Assembly (NCBI RefSeq): GCF_000253055.1
Contig: NC_016070.1
Location: forward strand, 600,001 to 632,000
Reading direction: 5' to 3'
DNA length: 32,000 nucleotides
Source of the DNA: Thermoproteus tenax Kra 1
GTDB lineage: Archaea > Thermoproteota > Thermoprotei > Thermoproteales > Thermoproteaceae
Both the position numbers and the translations under genes were made by a program. The notes beneath the pieces are model-generated. The model was not told where the DNA came from, did not search any database, and saw only the letters and a list, made by a program, of their open reading frames with translations. Shown here piece after piece: positions 7,939 through 16,748 of the stretch (the first letter of the stretch is position 1; the number at the start of each line of letters is the position of its first letter).

Positions 7939-9532
7939 CTCTTCTCGCTAGTCTCTTGAGCCTCCTGTTGTTTGACAGCTCGCCGCTTAGAGGGTGCGGA
8001 ATTGCGAGTATGCTCCTGAATCCATGCTCTACGACTACGACGTCTAATTTGCTCTTCAGCGGAACTTGAGCCGGGATGAAGGCGAGCAGAGGGTAGGACC
8101 CCGCTTGTCGCGCGTAGGTGCCTCCGCCGTAGTGTTGCTCTGCATAAAGCCCTCTGAGCACAATGCCTCTCGGCGCCACTCTGGCCAACATAGGTCTGTC
8201 AAAGTTTTCTCGGACCCACCTCTTGAAACTATGGATGAGCCCCTTCCTCTCCCTAAGTTTGGCCTCTAGTTTTCTGGCTTGCCCCCACAGCCTCGTGCCT
8301 TGGTATACAGCGAGCTGTCTTATATTAACTCTCCTCACCATGAGCCCCTCTTCCAATACTCTCTGTAAGAACGCCTTGTTCATTTCATAGGTCTCCTTGG
8401 TCTCTCCTGGAAGGCCGAGGACGAAGTTTATGCCGGGCAGAATCCACGGCATGCCGTTGGCCCCCCTCGCAGAGCCCAGAGTGCTGATCAGCCTTATGGC
8501 CGCGAGGGCCTCCTCTGGGCCTACCTTAAGATTGTTGATCTTAACAACGCGAGGATCCGCGGTCTCAATTCCCATAGCTGCGACGTTTCCAGGGGTTCCG
8601 TACTTCATCAAAAGCTTGGTTATCTCGGCCGACTCGGCAGGCCATTTGGCCACAGTGCCAGGGTTCACGTTGTCTATATGTAATGTCTCTAGATCGGGGG
8701 CTACGCCTCGGATACCCGCCAAGAGCCTCTCTATAGCCTCTACGTTGGGCCTCGGCAGATCCTCCTTGCCCGTATCCTTCGCCATATACGCATAGAAGTC
8801 GGCTTGGCGCCCTAACCTGAAGTGCGCTACGCCGGCCTTCCTCAACGCCTCTACCTCCGCCACCACATCCTCAGGTCTTCTGAACTGTACAGCGCCGTAG
8901 GCCACCGTTGTGCAGAAGGAACAACCTCCTGAGACATAGCGGGGACAGCCCTTGTATGTCTCTATCTCGGCCGTTAAATTCCAGCCGTAGTTCGGGTGTT
9001 GTTGCACTATGAAGGCGCCTTTGACGGCGAACTCTTCGACTAGCTTATAGCCGTCGTGGAGCGAGGAGGGGCGCGCCCTCTCGATCCCGTACTTTAGTGC
9101 CTCATAAACCACGAGGTCCACGTCGCCTGTGGCCACTATATGGTAATAGCGTTTGAACTTCGCCGGGGGGACCGCGGCCGTTCCACCCTCCCCTCCGTAG
9201 CCATATCTGGCCACAGGGCCGCCGAGTATTTTTATGGGTCCCTCCAGGCGCCCTATGTCGACAATCTCATCGTACGTTATAGGCGTTCCGCCCAGATATT
9301 TCCCCGGAGTTGTGATGCCCGCAATAACTACCACCATATCGTACCTAGACAGCGCTCTGAGGGAGACTGCCCAGTCGCCCCTAAGCGAGTCTATAGTGAA
9401 GTAGCGCACCTCGTGACCTGGGTCCGCCGCTTTGACTGCGCCGGCGATATACCGGGGGTATACGTCAATATATGGAGGAACGCCGAGACCTGCCGGCTCG
9501 TCTGTGTAGCCGTCCACTATGGCGATGCGCAC
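7889..9532 (-). CDS. Radical SAM-like Fe-S enzyme with N-terminal B12-binding-like/Rossmann module
   Basis: 547-aa ORF. N-terminus MRIAIVDGYTDEP.... Cys triad CPRYVSGGCSFC (C-x7-C-x2-C) sits where the radical SAM cluster motif is expected, followed by a long barrel-like region. Confidence 0.8.
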   Translation of the reverse strand: MRIAIVDGYTDEPAGLGVPPYIDVYPRYIAGAVKAADPGHEVRYFTIDSLRGDWAVSLRALSRYDMVVVIAGITTPGKYLGGTPITYDEIVDIGRLEGPIKILGGPVARYGYGGEGGTAAVPPAKFKRYYHIVATGDVDLVVYEALKYGIERARPSSLHDGYKLVEEFAVKGAFIVQQHPNYGWNLTAEIETYKGCPRYVSGGCSFCTTVAYGAVQFRRPEDVVAEVEALRKAGVAHFRLGRQADFYAYMAKDTGKEDLPRPNVEAIERLLAGIRGVAPDLETLHIDNVNPGTVAKWPAESAEITKLLMKYGTPGNVAAMGIETADPRVVKINNLKVGPEEALAAIRLISTLGSARGANGMPWILPGINFVLGLPGETKETYEMNKAFLQRVLEEGLMVRRVNIRQLAVYQGTRLWGQARKLEAKLRERKGLIHSFKRWVRENFDRPMLARVAPRGIVLRGLYAEQHYGGGTYARQAGSYPLLAFIPAQVPLKSKLDVVVVEHGFRSILAIPHPLSGELSNNRRLKRLARRVNASSPSSWQSWRRPQ

Positions 9533-9548
9533 AGGCTATTCGAAAACC

Positions 9549-9558
9549 ATATATATTT
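9549..9558. promoter_or_regulatory. Shared AT box between divergent start codons 9532 (-) and 9575 (+)
   Basis: ATATATATTT is centred in the 42-bp spacer, 17 nt from each start codon. Confidence 0.4.
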
Positions 9559-9574
9559 CGTTTTCCGCACTCTA

Positions 9575-9991
9575 ATGGAACAAAGGGAAGGTCTCCAGAC
9601 GGTGAACGCCTGGATACAGGCGTTCAACAGAATAGGAAAGTCGGAGAACAACTACCACAGCTTCGAGCTCATCAAGGCCGGGGACTCCGTCAATGCGACA
9701 TTGGTAATACAGGGAGTTGATGCCAGCGGGGCCTGCCTGAGGGGGCCCTACGCCCTTGCCTCCATAGTCCTAGCCCAAGGCAGAGTCGGCTTGAAGCTCA
9801 CCGCAGGCGATTACGAGAGATGCGCCCAGGGCCCCAACGAGCTCGTGGAGAGGAGGGACCCCGCCCAGTTGGACAAACTGATAGACCTCGGGAGCGACCC
9901 AGAGCTGATTAAGGCTGTTAAATCTATTAAGACTGAGGGCGACTTCATTGGGTTATTGGAGGCGGCGCTCGAGCTTGCCGCTAGTGCCTAA
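9575..9991 (+). CDS. Hypothetical protein
   Basis: The ORF track gives 9140-9991, but 9140-9532 lies antisense to the radical SAM gene. The first ATG outside it is 9575 (MEQREGLQ...), preceded by the AT box. No family recognised. Confidence 0.6.
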   Translation: MEQREGLQTVNAWIQAFNRIGKSENNYHSFELIKAGDSVNATLVIQGVDASGACLRGPYALASIVLAQGRVGLKLTAGDYERCAQGPNELVERRDPAQLDKLIDLGSDPELIKAVKSIKTEGDFIGLLEAALELAASA

Positions 9992-10983
9992 ACTCTTTTT
10001 CTCCTCAATAGGGCCAGGGCAAATATGGCCGCCACTGCGAGGACTATTAAGGCGTCCTCTGCCAGCGAGTGGCCTACGCCGGAGGAGGTAGTCTGATATG
10101 CGATATTATTGCTCTCACTGCCCGCCCACTCCTTTATCAAAGAAACCGCTGATCTGGCGAGGGAGGGGCAATAGAAGATAAACCCGAGCTCTCTATTGTC
10201 GCGTATGGAGCTCCCGCTTAAGTTCACCGAACCTACATAGACCAAGTCTCCAACGACTATGACCTTTGCCGTCAGATCGGGCACTCTCTGAACTCCCTCG
10301 ACGTCAGTTACTCTAGCTATAGCCAAGGCTGCCCTAGAGGCCAATAGGTCTGCGAGGCCCGAGCTACTGTATATCTCCTCTACGGCGGCATAGACGCGGC
10401 CCGGCTGGCTCAAGAGCCACTTGAGGTATCCGTAGGAGTTTATTGGAGATATAACGACGCCACTGAAGTCGTACTGTGGATAGACCCCGTTGAAGTCGTT
10501 CAGGATTATAGTGGCGATCTCCTTCGCCACGCTAGGATCGTTGACGACGACGTCAAGGCCTTTGTCGTTTGTTACACCCGAGTAAGTGGGATTGATGGAC
10601 CCCAGTATCACAGTCTCGTTGTCTATGACGAAGGCCTTGGTGTGGACAAACTTGAAGTCGTTGTTGAAGGCGATGTTGACGCCAGCGCTCTGGAGGTATT
10701 GTACCAACTTTTTCTCAGTAGTGGGAATTCCGCCGTATACATTGGCCGAGAGGACAAGGTATACCTGCACGCCCCTGTTGGCCAGAGCGGCCAACGTGTC
10801 GGCGAGCTCTTTCCAAGTGAGCGCGTAGACCTCTATGTAGACCGCCTTATGCGCCTTCGATATGTAGGTCGCTATAAGCGAGGCGTTTGAAGGCCCCACT
10901 ATAATTGCACTGGGGCATAAATATAACGGAGTTTGAGAAAATACAAACATTGATAGTACTAGTAGAACAAATAGATATCTCAT
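9988..10983 (-). CDS. Secreted/membrane-anchored phospholipase D-like (HKD) family protein
   Basis: N-terminal signal-like helix MRYLFVLLVLSMFVFS. Perfect HKD motif HTKAFVIDNETVILGSIN. A second PLD-like repeat has a degenerate motif (TAKVIVVGDLVYVGSVN, no His). C-terminal TM helix plus RRKRV tail. Confidence 0.8.
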   Translation of the reverse strand: MRYLFVLLVLSMFVFSQTPLYLCPSAIIVGPSNASLIATYISKAHKAVYIEVYALTWKELADTLAALANRGVQVYLVLSANVYGGIPTTEKKLVQYLQSAGVNIAFNNDFKFVHTKAFVIDNETVILGSINPTYSGVTNDKGLDVVVNDPSVAKEIATIILNDFNGVYPQYDFSGVVISPINSYGYLKWLLSQPGRVYAAVEEIYSSSGLADLLASRAALAIARVTDVEGVQRVPDLTAKVIVVGDLVYVGSVNLSGSSIRDNRELGFIFYCPSLARSAVSLIKEWAGSESNNIAYQTTSSGVGHSLAEDALIVLAVAAIFALALLRRKRV

Positions 10984-11069
10984 GTCTATGAGTTTTGTCT
11001 TATTTTTAAAAGTAAATAAGGGGGTCCCGCCGGCCCACTTTTTATTAATGGTACAATAAAGATATCTGT

Positions 11070-12155
11070 GTGACGAGTGACTCCAGTACGGACCTAGTGA
11101 CGAACGCCTCTGTGCTGATCTCTCTCATAGTCCCCACCTACAACGAGGCCGAGAATCTGCCGGCGCTTGTGGACGGTCTGAGGAGGGCGTTCTCGTCACC
11201 GTTCGAATTGATAGTTGTAGACGACAGCTCCCCGGACGGCACAGCCGACGTGGCCAGAAGGCTGGCCGAGACCGCGCCCGTCCGGGTAATAGTGAGGGAG
11301 AGGAGGGCCGGTCTCTCCTCGGCGGTCGTGGAGGGGGCAAGACACGCGAGGGGGCAGATCGCCGTCGTCATGGACGCAGACCTCCAACACCCGCCCGAGA
11401 TCGCCCCGCTCTTGGCCCAACGCGTGTGGGCGGGGTTCGACTTGGCCGTGGGCACCAGGTTCAAGAAGGGCGGGGGGATCGAGGGGTGGCCCCTCTACAG
11501 ATTGGCTATCTCCAAGGGCGCGGCTGCGCTGGCCAGGCTACTTATACCGGAGGCGCGCGGCCTCTCCGACCCGGAGTCCGGCTTCTTCGCGGTGAGGACG
11601 GACTGTCTCAGGCGCGTGAGACCCACCGGTCTGTACAAGATCCTTCTGGACGTGCTTGTGCAGTGCAGGCCGGAGAAGATAGCCGAAGTACCCTACGTCT
11701 TTAGGCCGAGGGCGCGCGGCAGGTCGAAGCTGGGCCTGAGACATATGGCGGACTACGTCCTCCAGCTGATGAGGCTGTCCGGGTGGCGCCCCCTCAAGTT
11801 CGCGGCCGTGGGGGCGAGCGGGGTGGGAGTCGCCGAGGGGGTGCTCTACGCGCTCGGGGGCGTCCCCTTCCACCTCTCCGCGGCCGCCGCCCTTGAGGCG
11901 TCCATTACGTCCAACTACGTTCTGAACAGAGCCTGGACTTTCAGAGGAAGGGGCGGGTCGCCCCTCCGGGGATGGGCGAAGTACCACGCCGCGGTGGCGG
12001 CCGGAGGACTGGCCAACTATCTGGTCGCAAACGCGCTCTATCTTGCCGGCGTCTCCAAATACCTTGCGTACGCGTTGGGGGTGCTGGCCGGCTTCGTCGC
12101 CAACTACGTGTTGGCGGAGAGGTGGGCGTTCAAGAGCAGTCGAGATCCTCGGTGA
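11070..12155 (+). CDS. GT2 dolichyl-phosphate mannose/glucose synthase-like glycosyltransferase fused to a GtrA-like membrane domain
   Basis: GTG start. GT2 motifs VPTYNEAENL, VVDDSSPDGT and DADLQHPP. C-terminal four-TM GtrA-like region (NYVLNRAWTF). Confidence 0.85.
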   Translation: MTSDSSTDLVTNASVLISLIVPTYNEAENLPALVDGLRRAFSSPFELIVVDDSSPDGTADVARRLAETAPVRVIVRERRAGLSSAVVEGARHARGQIAVVMDADLQHPPEIAPLLAQRVWAGFDLAVGTRFKKGGGIEGWPLYRLAISKGAAALARLLIPEARGLSDPESGFFAVRTDCLRRVRPTGLYKILLDVLVQCRPEKIAEVPYVFRPRARGRSKLGLRHMADYVLQLMRLSGWRPLKFAAVGASGVGVAEGVLYALGGVPFHLSAAAALEASITSNYVLNRAWTFRGRGGSPLRGWAKYHAAVAAGGLANYLVANALYLAGVSKYLAYALGVLAGFVANYVLAERWAFKSSRDPR

Positions 12156-13281
12156 GGGCGCATGAGAGGCGTATGGGCCTTCTAAACGACTTTACGACCT
12201 CTATACGCCTCTGTCCGTTAACTTTTCTTATTCTAAGTACATTATCGACATAATTCGAAAGAGTATGCGTCTTTGCCATTGTCCCTATTAAGGCGACGCC
12301 CGCCTCTTTCAAAGCCGAGAACAGCCTCAAGTTCATCTCGAATGCCTTCTCGCCGTACACCTTGAACTCCACATCGAATCCGTCCGATATTATTAAGTCC
12401 GGTCTCTCCTCCTCCAACAGTCTATAGAACTCGTATATATGCGTACCGTATGTAGGCGGCTTTATCCTCACGGGCATCACGTCGAAGTCTGCGCCGTAGG
12501 CCTTCGCCCTCTCCTTTATCTGCCAGGCCTCCTCGGCGAACGTTCTATATATGACTTTATACTTTCTAGAGGCGAAGGAGGCTATCTTTACTGCAAGCCG
12601 CGTCTTACCCACGCCCGCGGGCCCATATATTAGGGTGGTGCCTAGGAAGGCGCCGCCGACAAGCTCGTCTAACGGAGTGCCGGTATTGACCTCGACCGGC
12701 GGTCTCGGCGTAGGTTTCAATTCGTCGAAGAACAAGAGCCCGGCGCCTGGTATTATGTCGAACTGTCTACAGTATCCGCCGGGGAGCGTGCGCGCCTTGT
12801 CGACGCACATCCTCCTCTCCGGCACGCCCTCCTCGGTGCGCTCCAAGAACAATCTAATCACATTATCAGCTATATATTCCACAAAGGAGGGGCCGTCTCT
12901 CTCTAGGGTCATCACCACGTCGATTCCAGCTGGCCTCAACGTGCGGTATAAGGCGTTGAGGAGCAAGCTCCTGCCCTCCGCCCGCTCCACTAGAGGGGTT
13001 ACTGAATCTATGACCACGAGCCCCGGCTTGGTCTCAGCGACTGTATCTATTAATCTGCCCCAGAATGTCTCAGGCTCTACTAGGACTGCCTCCCAGAAGT
13101 CTACGCGTTCTAGTCTATAGCCAAGCTTAGAGGCCTCCTCGAGAAAGAGATCCCGCCCCTCGTACAACGACACCCATAGGACTCTCTCCCCCGAGGTCAG
13201 ACGTTCATGGGCCATGCGCATCGACAACGTGGTCTTCCCAGTGCCCGGGTCTCCGACTATTACTGTAAAACCTCTAAACAT
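12130..13281 (-). CDS. KaiC/RecA-superfamily ATPase with two P-loop domains
   Basis: 383-aa ORF with Walker A GDPGTGKTT (N-domain) and GPAGVGKTR (C-domain), and Walker B-like LVVIDS / LIISDG. Confidence 0.85.
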   Translation of the reverse strand: MFRGFTVIVGDPGTGKTTLSMRMAHERLTSGERVLWVSLYEGRDLFLEEASKLGYRLERVDFWEAVLVEPETFWGRLIDTVAETKPGLVVIDSVTPLVERAEGRSLLLNALYRTLRPAGIDVVMTLERDGPSFVEYIADNVIRLFLERTEEGVPERRMCVDKARTLPGGYCRQFDIIPGAGLLFFDELKPTPRPPVEVNTGTPLDELVGGAFLGTTLIYGPAGVGKTRLAVKIASFASRKYKVIYRTFAEEAWQIKERAKAYGADFDVMPVRIKPPTYGTHIYEFYRLLEEERPDLIISDGFDVEFKVYGEKAFEMNLRLFSALKEAGVALIGTMAKTHTLSNYVDNVLRIRKVNGQRRIEVVKSFRRPIRLSCALTEDLDCS

Positions 13282-13283
13282 AT

Positions 13284-13619
13284 CTAGGATTTTGTAGCCT
13301 TTTTAAACCATACATCTCTGCTACTGAGCCATCTCCTCAGCGTCTCTTTATCGACGGACTTCCCCTTTCTCCTCAGCCAGTCTTGCAAAACGGCTAGAAA
13401 CACCTCTGCGTTGTGTAAGCCCAACGTGTCCGCCAGAGCGGGGTATAGGCGCCAGGGCTCCTCTGCGACAATTTGTTCGAATGATTTGCCCAACTTGTGC
13501 TTTAATCTAAACTCTATCAAAATTCTGTAGGGTAAATCTAACGATCTGTAGAATTCAAATAGCTCCGCTTTGTCCACTGTGAGGGAAATAAGACCGGTTA
13601 AATAAGGTTCCCTCATCAC
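13284..13619 (-). CDS. Hypothetical helical protein, immediately upstream of the KaiC-like ATPase
   Basis: 111-aa ORF whose stop lies 2 nt before the KaiC-like start. No family recognised. Confidence 0.55.
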   Translation of the reverse strand: MMREPYLTGLISLTVDKAELFEFYRSLDLPYRILIEFRLKHKLGKSFEQIVAEEPWRLYPALADTLGLHNAEVFLAVLQDWLRRKGKSVDKETLRRWLSSRDVWFKKATKS

Positions 13620-13762
13620 ATCTACGCCTTCTGCTGAATTTTTTGGCGTGGTCTAGCTAACCGGAGGACTGATGTCAAAACCTCAAATCTGCGCTGGAGG
13701 TCTGCGTTAATATCAATTCTAACGGCCGAGCGAGGTTAAGTACTAGAACAAAACATCACGTT

Positions 13763-14416
13763 GTGATAGACGAAAGCGCCTTTGCCTCAAGAAAACGGGC
13801 GTTTCTCGACAGAATGAGGAGGGAGGCGGAGCAAGGGAGAGTTGACCCGGATATATACCCCTTTCTGGAGAGGATGAACGAGCTGCCGTGGCTCTATACG
13901 ACCAGTAGCTGCTCCGGCAGGATCCTCCTGGCCTCGGCCAGGACTCCCAGCTACAGCAAAGGGAGGGGCTTCACGCCAATAGCGAAATGGCACAGAGCCG
14001 TAGCCCCAGACGAGATATTAAAGGCCGCTGAGGGCCACGACGACGTCTGGATGTTAGTCAGAGGCGCGATACTCCACGTCGTAGTGAGCTCAGCCGGGAG
14101 AGCGCGCGAGCTGATAGAGTTGGCTCACGAGACGGGGCACAAACACAGCGGAATCATATCGGTCAATAGAGCCGGCATCGTAGTGGAGATCTTAGGCGAG
14201 GAGAGACTGGATATACCGCTGAAAATAGGCGGCGTATACAAAATTGATGTTGAGACGGCCGCCGATTATGCCAACAGAGTCCTCCTCTTGGCTAAGGCCC
14301 GCCTCGCGTGGTTCATAGGCGAGTTTGAGGCCAGATATCTGGGCAACAAAGCGCCCGACGCCAAAGCTGTGAGGGAAAAGCTGAGGGAGCTGGCCAAGTG
14401 CCTCTGGGAGATATGA
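13763..14416 (+). CDS. taw3: tRNA wyosine-derivative methyltransferase Taw3/TYW3 family
   Basis: 217-aa ORF with a GTG start and the TYW3 signature TTSSCSGRI. Confidence 0.85.
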   Translation: MIDESAFASRKRAFLDRMRREAEQGRVDPDIYPFLERMNELPWLYTTSSCSGRILLASARTPSYSKGRGFTPIAKWHRAVAPDEILKAAEGHDDVWMLVRGAILHVVVSSAGRARELIELAHETGHKHSGIISVNRAGIVVEILGEERLDIPLKIGGVYKIDVETAADYANRVLLLAKARLAWFIGEFEARYLGNKAPDAKAVREKLRELAKCLWEI

Positions 14417-15123
14417 CGGGGCTCGGCGAGCGCTGGAGGAAAGTCTACCCTGCATACCGCAAGCTCGTCTCGGTCTACGAGAGGATGAACTTAGCAATGA
14501 CGTGGGGCAATGTGGACAAGTGGAGACGCCAGCTAGCGGCCCTCGTCCCAGACGATGCAGAGAAGATCCTAGACGCCGGATGCGGCCCCGGGAATATGAC
14601 GCGACATCTACTGCGGCCCGGCAGATATGTAGTCGGGCTCGACTATTCGATAGAGATGTTAAAGGCGCTCAAATACGACATAGATAAAGTACAGGGAGTC
14701 TTTGAGTCCCTCCCCTTTAGAGATGGCTATTTTGACGTCGCCGTACTGGCCTATGCCCTCCACGCGGCTCGCGACCTTGAGAGGGCTCTTGACGAGCTCA
14801 CTAGAGTCGCCGGAGCTGTGGCGGCCGTGAGCATGGGCGCACCAGATAATCCTATAGTTAGAGGACTCTTCAAGCTGTACGTAGCAGTTTTTGTGCCCTT
14901 TCTCGCTTTACTTTTGGCCCCCTCGCACCTCAGAGAATATACCGCCCTCTCTGACATATTGAGCGTCGCGCCCCCCAACCGAGTCTTTAAGAGTATTCTG
15001 AGCAGATGGATGAGACTGGAGAGCTTTACGACGAGAGGGTTCGGCGCAATATATATATTCTACGGCACCAGCCGCCGGTTCCGTCGGCACCGCTTCACGG
15101 GCGGAGACGGAAGCTACGTATAG
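14413..15123 (+). CDS. UbiE/MenG-family class I SAM-dependent methyltransferase
   Basis: ATG 14413 forms an ATGA overlap with the taw3 stop. UbiE-like N-terminal segment YERMNLAMTWGNVDKWRR and SAM motif I ILDAGCGPGN. Confidence 0.8.
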   Translation: MTGLGERWRKVYPAYRKLVSVYERMNLAMTWGNVDKWRRQLAALVPDDAEKILDAGCGPGNMTRHLLRPGRYVVGLDYSIEMLKALKYDIDKVQGVFESLPFRDGYFDVAVLAYALHAARDLERALDELTRVAGAVAAVSMGAPDNPIVRGLFKLYVAVFVPFLALLLAPSHLREYTALSDILSVAPPNRVFKSILSRWMRLESFTTRGFGAIYIFYGTSRRFRRHRFTGGDGSYV

Positions 15124-15257
15124 TTCTCCGTAGTCGCGATGTCTAGGGCATCCGGTCTCTCCCCAATGGGGTGCCGAGAAATTTCAGAATGCGGCTCAGG
15201 CGTACGCTCCGAGCTCCCCCGGGAAGGCCGGGGTATGAAAGAGCTTAGTAAACGAAA

Positions 15258-16229
15258 TCAGTTGCGCCAGACGGCAATGTAGAACGGCGTAGTTCTCAGG
15301 TAGACCTTCTCCTTCTTATAGCCTGCGGCGCTGATGATGTTCTCTACGTCTGAGGATCTAAACACATGTTTGGCGCCCATTGCAGACACTATGGCGACTA
15401 AGCCGGGCGTGGACTCTACTACTTGTTGACCCACGAGGAGGTATCCGTTGGGCTTCAGAATCCTCTTGAGACAGAGGAGATCCCTCATGGGATCTAGCAT
15501 CCAGTACAACGAATGAAAGAGTACAGCTGCTTCTACTGGCTGAATTCCGCCCAATAGATCGGCCACTTCGCACGTGCTGGTTGCCTGAAATATACAGATG
15601 CCTCTCCCTGGACAAGTGCCCACGCTAACTCCGTTCCCGAGGACCTCCTTAGAGAGCTCGACGGAATCTCCTCTATAATCATAGCCGATCACCACCTCAG
15701 GTTGGGCTTGCAAAACGCCTATCAGCGAGGCGATATCGTGGCCCTCCTTTATGACTGGGAAGTAGAGCCTCTTGAAGTTAGCGGCCCCGACGAGTTTAAA
15801 GAACGTTGACCTCATCATTTCGTACCACCCCTGGGTGAGCATAGTCGAATACAATATCGCTATAGTGTTCTCGTCGACCTGGTTTGCCGCTATTTTAACC
15901 GCGCCGATTCTGTCAAAGGACTCGTGGAGGCTCACGAACTCCGCCGTATAGGTGTTGACGGGCGGCTTTGGTTCCTTTATTCTTCTAATAATTCTGCCCT
16001 CTCTATCTATATAACCATTTTCCAATAAAGATAGATAGAGCGCTCTGACAAAAACATTATTATTCTTATATAATCCCTCTCTGTATATCTCGTACCACCA
16101 CTTCAGGGCGTACCAGACGCTCCACCTTAGCGCGTTCTTTACTTCGTCCAATCCACCGCCTGCCTTTATAAAGTCGCTGTAATACCTTACTACGTTTACA
16201 TCCTCGACGAATCTAGTTATAAAGCTCAT
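15258..16229 (-). CDS. Hypothetical protein with N-terminal wHTH-like region and class I methyltransferase-like C-terminal half
   Basis: 323-aa ORF. The C-terminal AAVLFHSLYWMLDPMRDLLCLKRILKPNGYLLV resembles the methyltransferase post-motif-II region, but I see no canonical G-x-G-x-G SAM loop. Paralogous to 31226-32000. Confidence 0.7.
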   Translation of the reverse strand: MSFITRFVEDVNVVRYYSDFIKAGGGLDEVKNALRWSVWYALKWWYEIYREGLYKNNNVFVRALYLSLLENGYIDREGRIIRRIKEPKPPVNTYTAEFVSLHESFDRIGAVKIAANQVDENTIAILYSTMLTQGWYEMMRSTFFKLVGAANFKRLYFPVIKEGHDIASLIGVLQAQPEVVIGYDYRGDSVELSKEVLGNGVSVGTCPGRGICIFQATSTCEVADLLGGIQPVEAAVLFHSLYWMLDPMRDLLCLKRILKPNGYLLVGQQVVESTPGLVAIVSAMGAKHVFRSSDVENIISAAGYKKEKVYLRTTPFYIAVWRN

Positions 16230-16555
16230 GTACAGATGACTATTCCCGCCTCTCTTAATCTCCGTAACAACGCCTTGATAGAGGGGCTGGCACGCCCGCT
16301 CTGTATTGCCTCTAGGACAATTTGTTGTTGCTGTGAGGGCAACAGAGAGAATCTGTCCCAGTCCCTTATTTCGCAGTCAAGTAACGTGTCCTCGGACATG
16401 GCTTTTCTCATCACGGCAGAAAAAGTATGTCCGTGAGGGCACGTGAGAGTTAACACCACCGTCTCGCCGTTTTCATACGCTCTCAGAAGCTCTGACGTTA
16501 AGGAGTGTTCAACCTCCGCTCCGCAGACTGGACACTTAAACTTTTGGGCCGCCAC
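16226..16555 (-). CDS. Zinc-ribbon plus HTH-like small protein
   Basis: 109-aa ORF with CPVCG ... CPHGH metal-ligand pairs and a C-terminal helical segment (IVLEAIQSGRASPSIKALLRRLREAGIV). ATGA overlap with the downstream gene. Confidence 0.6.
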   Translation of the reverse strand: MAAQKFKCPVCGAEVEHSLTSELLRAYENGETVVLTLTCPHGHTFSAVMRKAMSEDTLLDCEIRDWDRFSLLPSQQQQIVLEAIQSGRASPSIKALLRRLREAGIVICT

Positions 16556-16748
16556 ATTCTGTATCTTGTGATTATATATAATCTTTACGTTGCAAAACTC
16601 TTTAACAATATAAAAATTTCTGTTTATTTACTTAAATAATAAATTTATTATAAACAAAATATAATTTTTATATTGATATAGATGTCGTATAATCGGTAGC
16701 CCGAGATAGTCGGCATAAGTCATTTAAAGCTCTAAATGGCTTTCTGCA
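16556..16748. promoter_or_regulatory. AT-rich divergent intergenic region
   Basis: 193-bp spacer between divergent genes. Positions 16560-16700 are almost entirely A/T with multiple TATA-like runs (TATATATAAT, TATAAAAATT, TTTATATTGATATA). Confidence 0.5.

Noticed and set aside
9140-9574. N-terminal extensions proposed by the ORF track (9140-9574, 21151-21312, 27654-27842, 23007-23075)
   Set aside because: These parts overlap the neighbouring divergent or upstream gene or its promoter. Internal ATG/GTG starts give canonical N-termini preceded by TATA-like boxes.
15124-15257. ncRNA or C/D sRNA in the convergent spacer 15124-15257 and in the divergent spacer 13620-13762
   Set aside because: Only a short GC hairpin is present (CCCCGG-CCUUC-CCGGGG on the minus strand). 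C-like boxes (GUGAUGU, UGAUGU) are imperfect and lack correctly placed D boxes.
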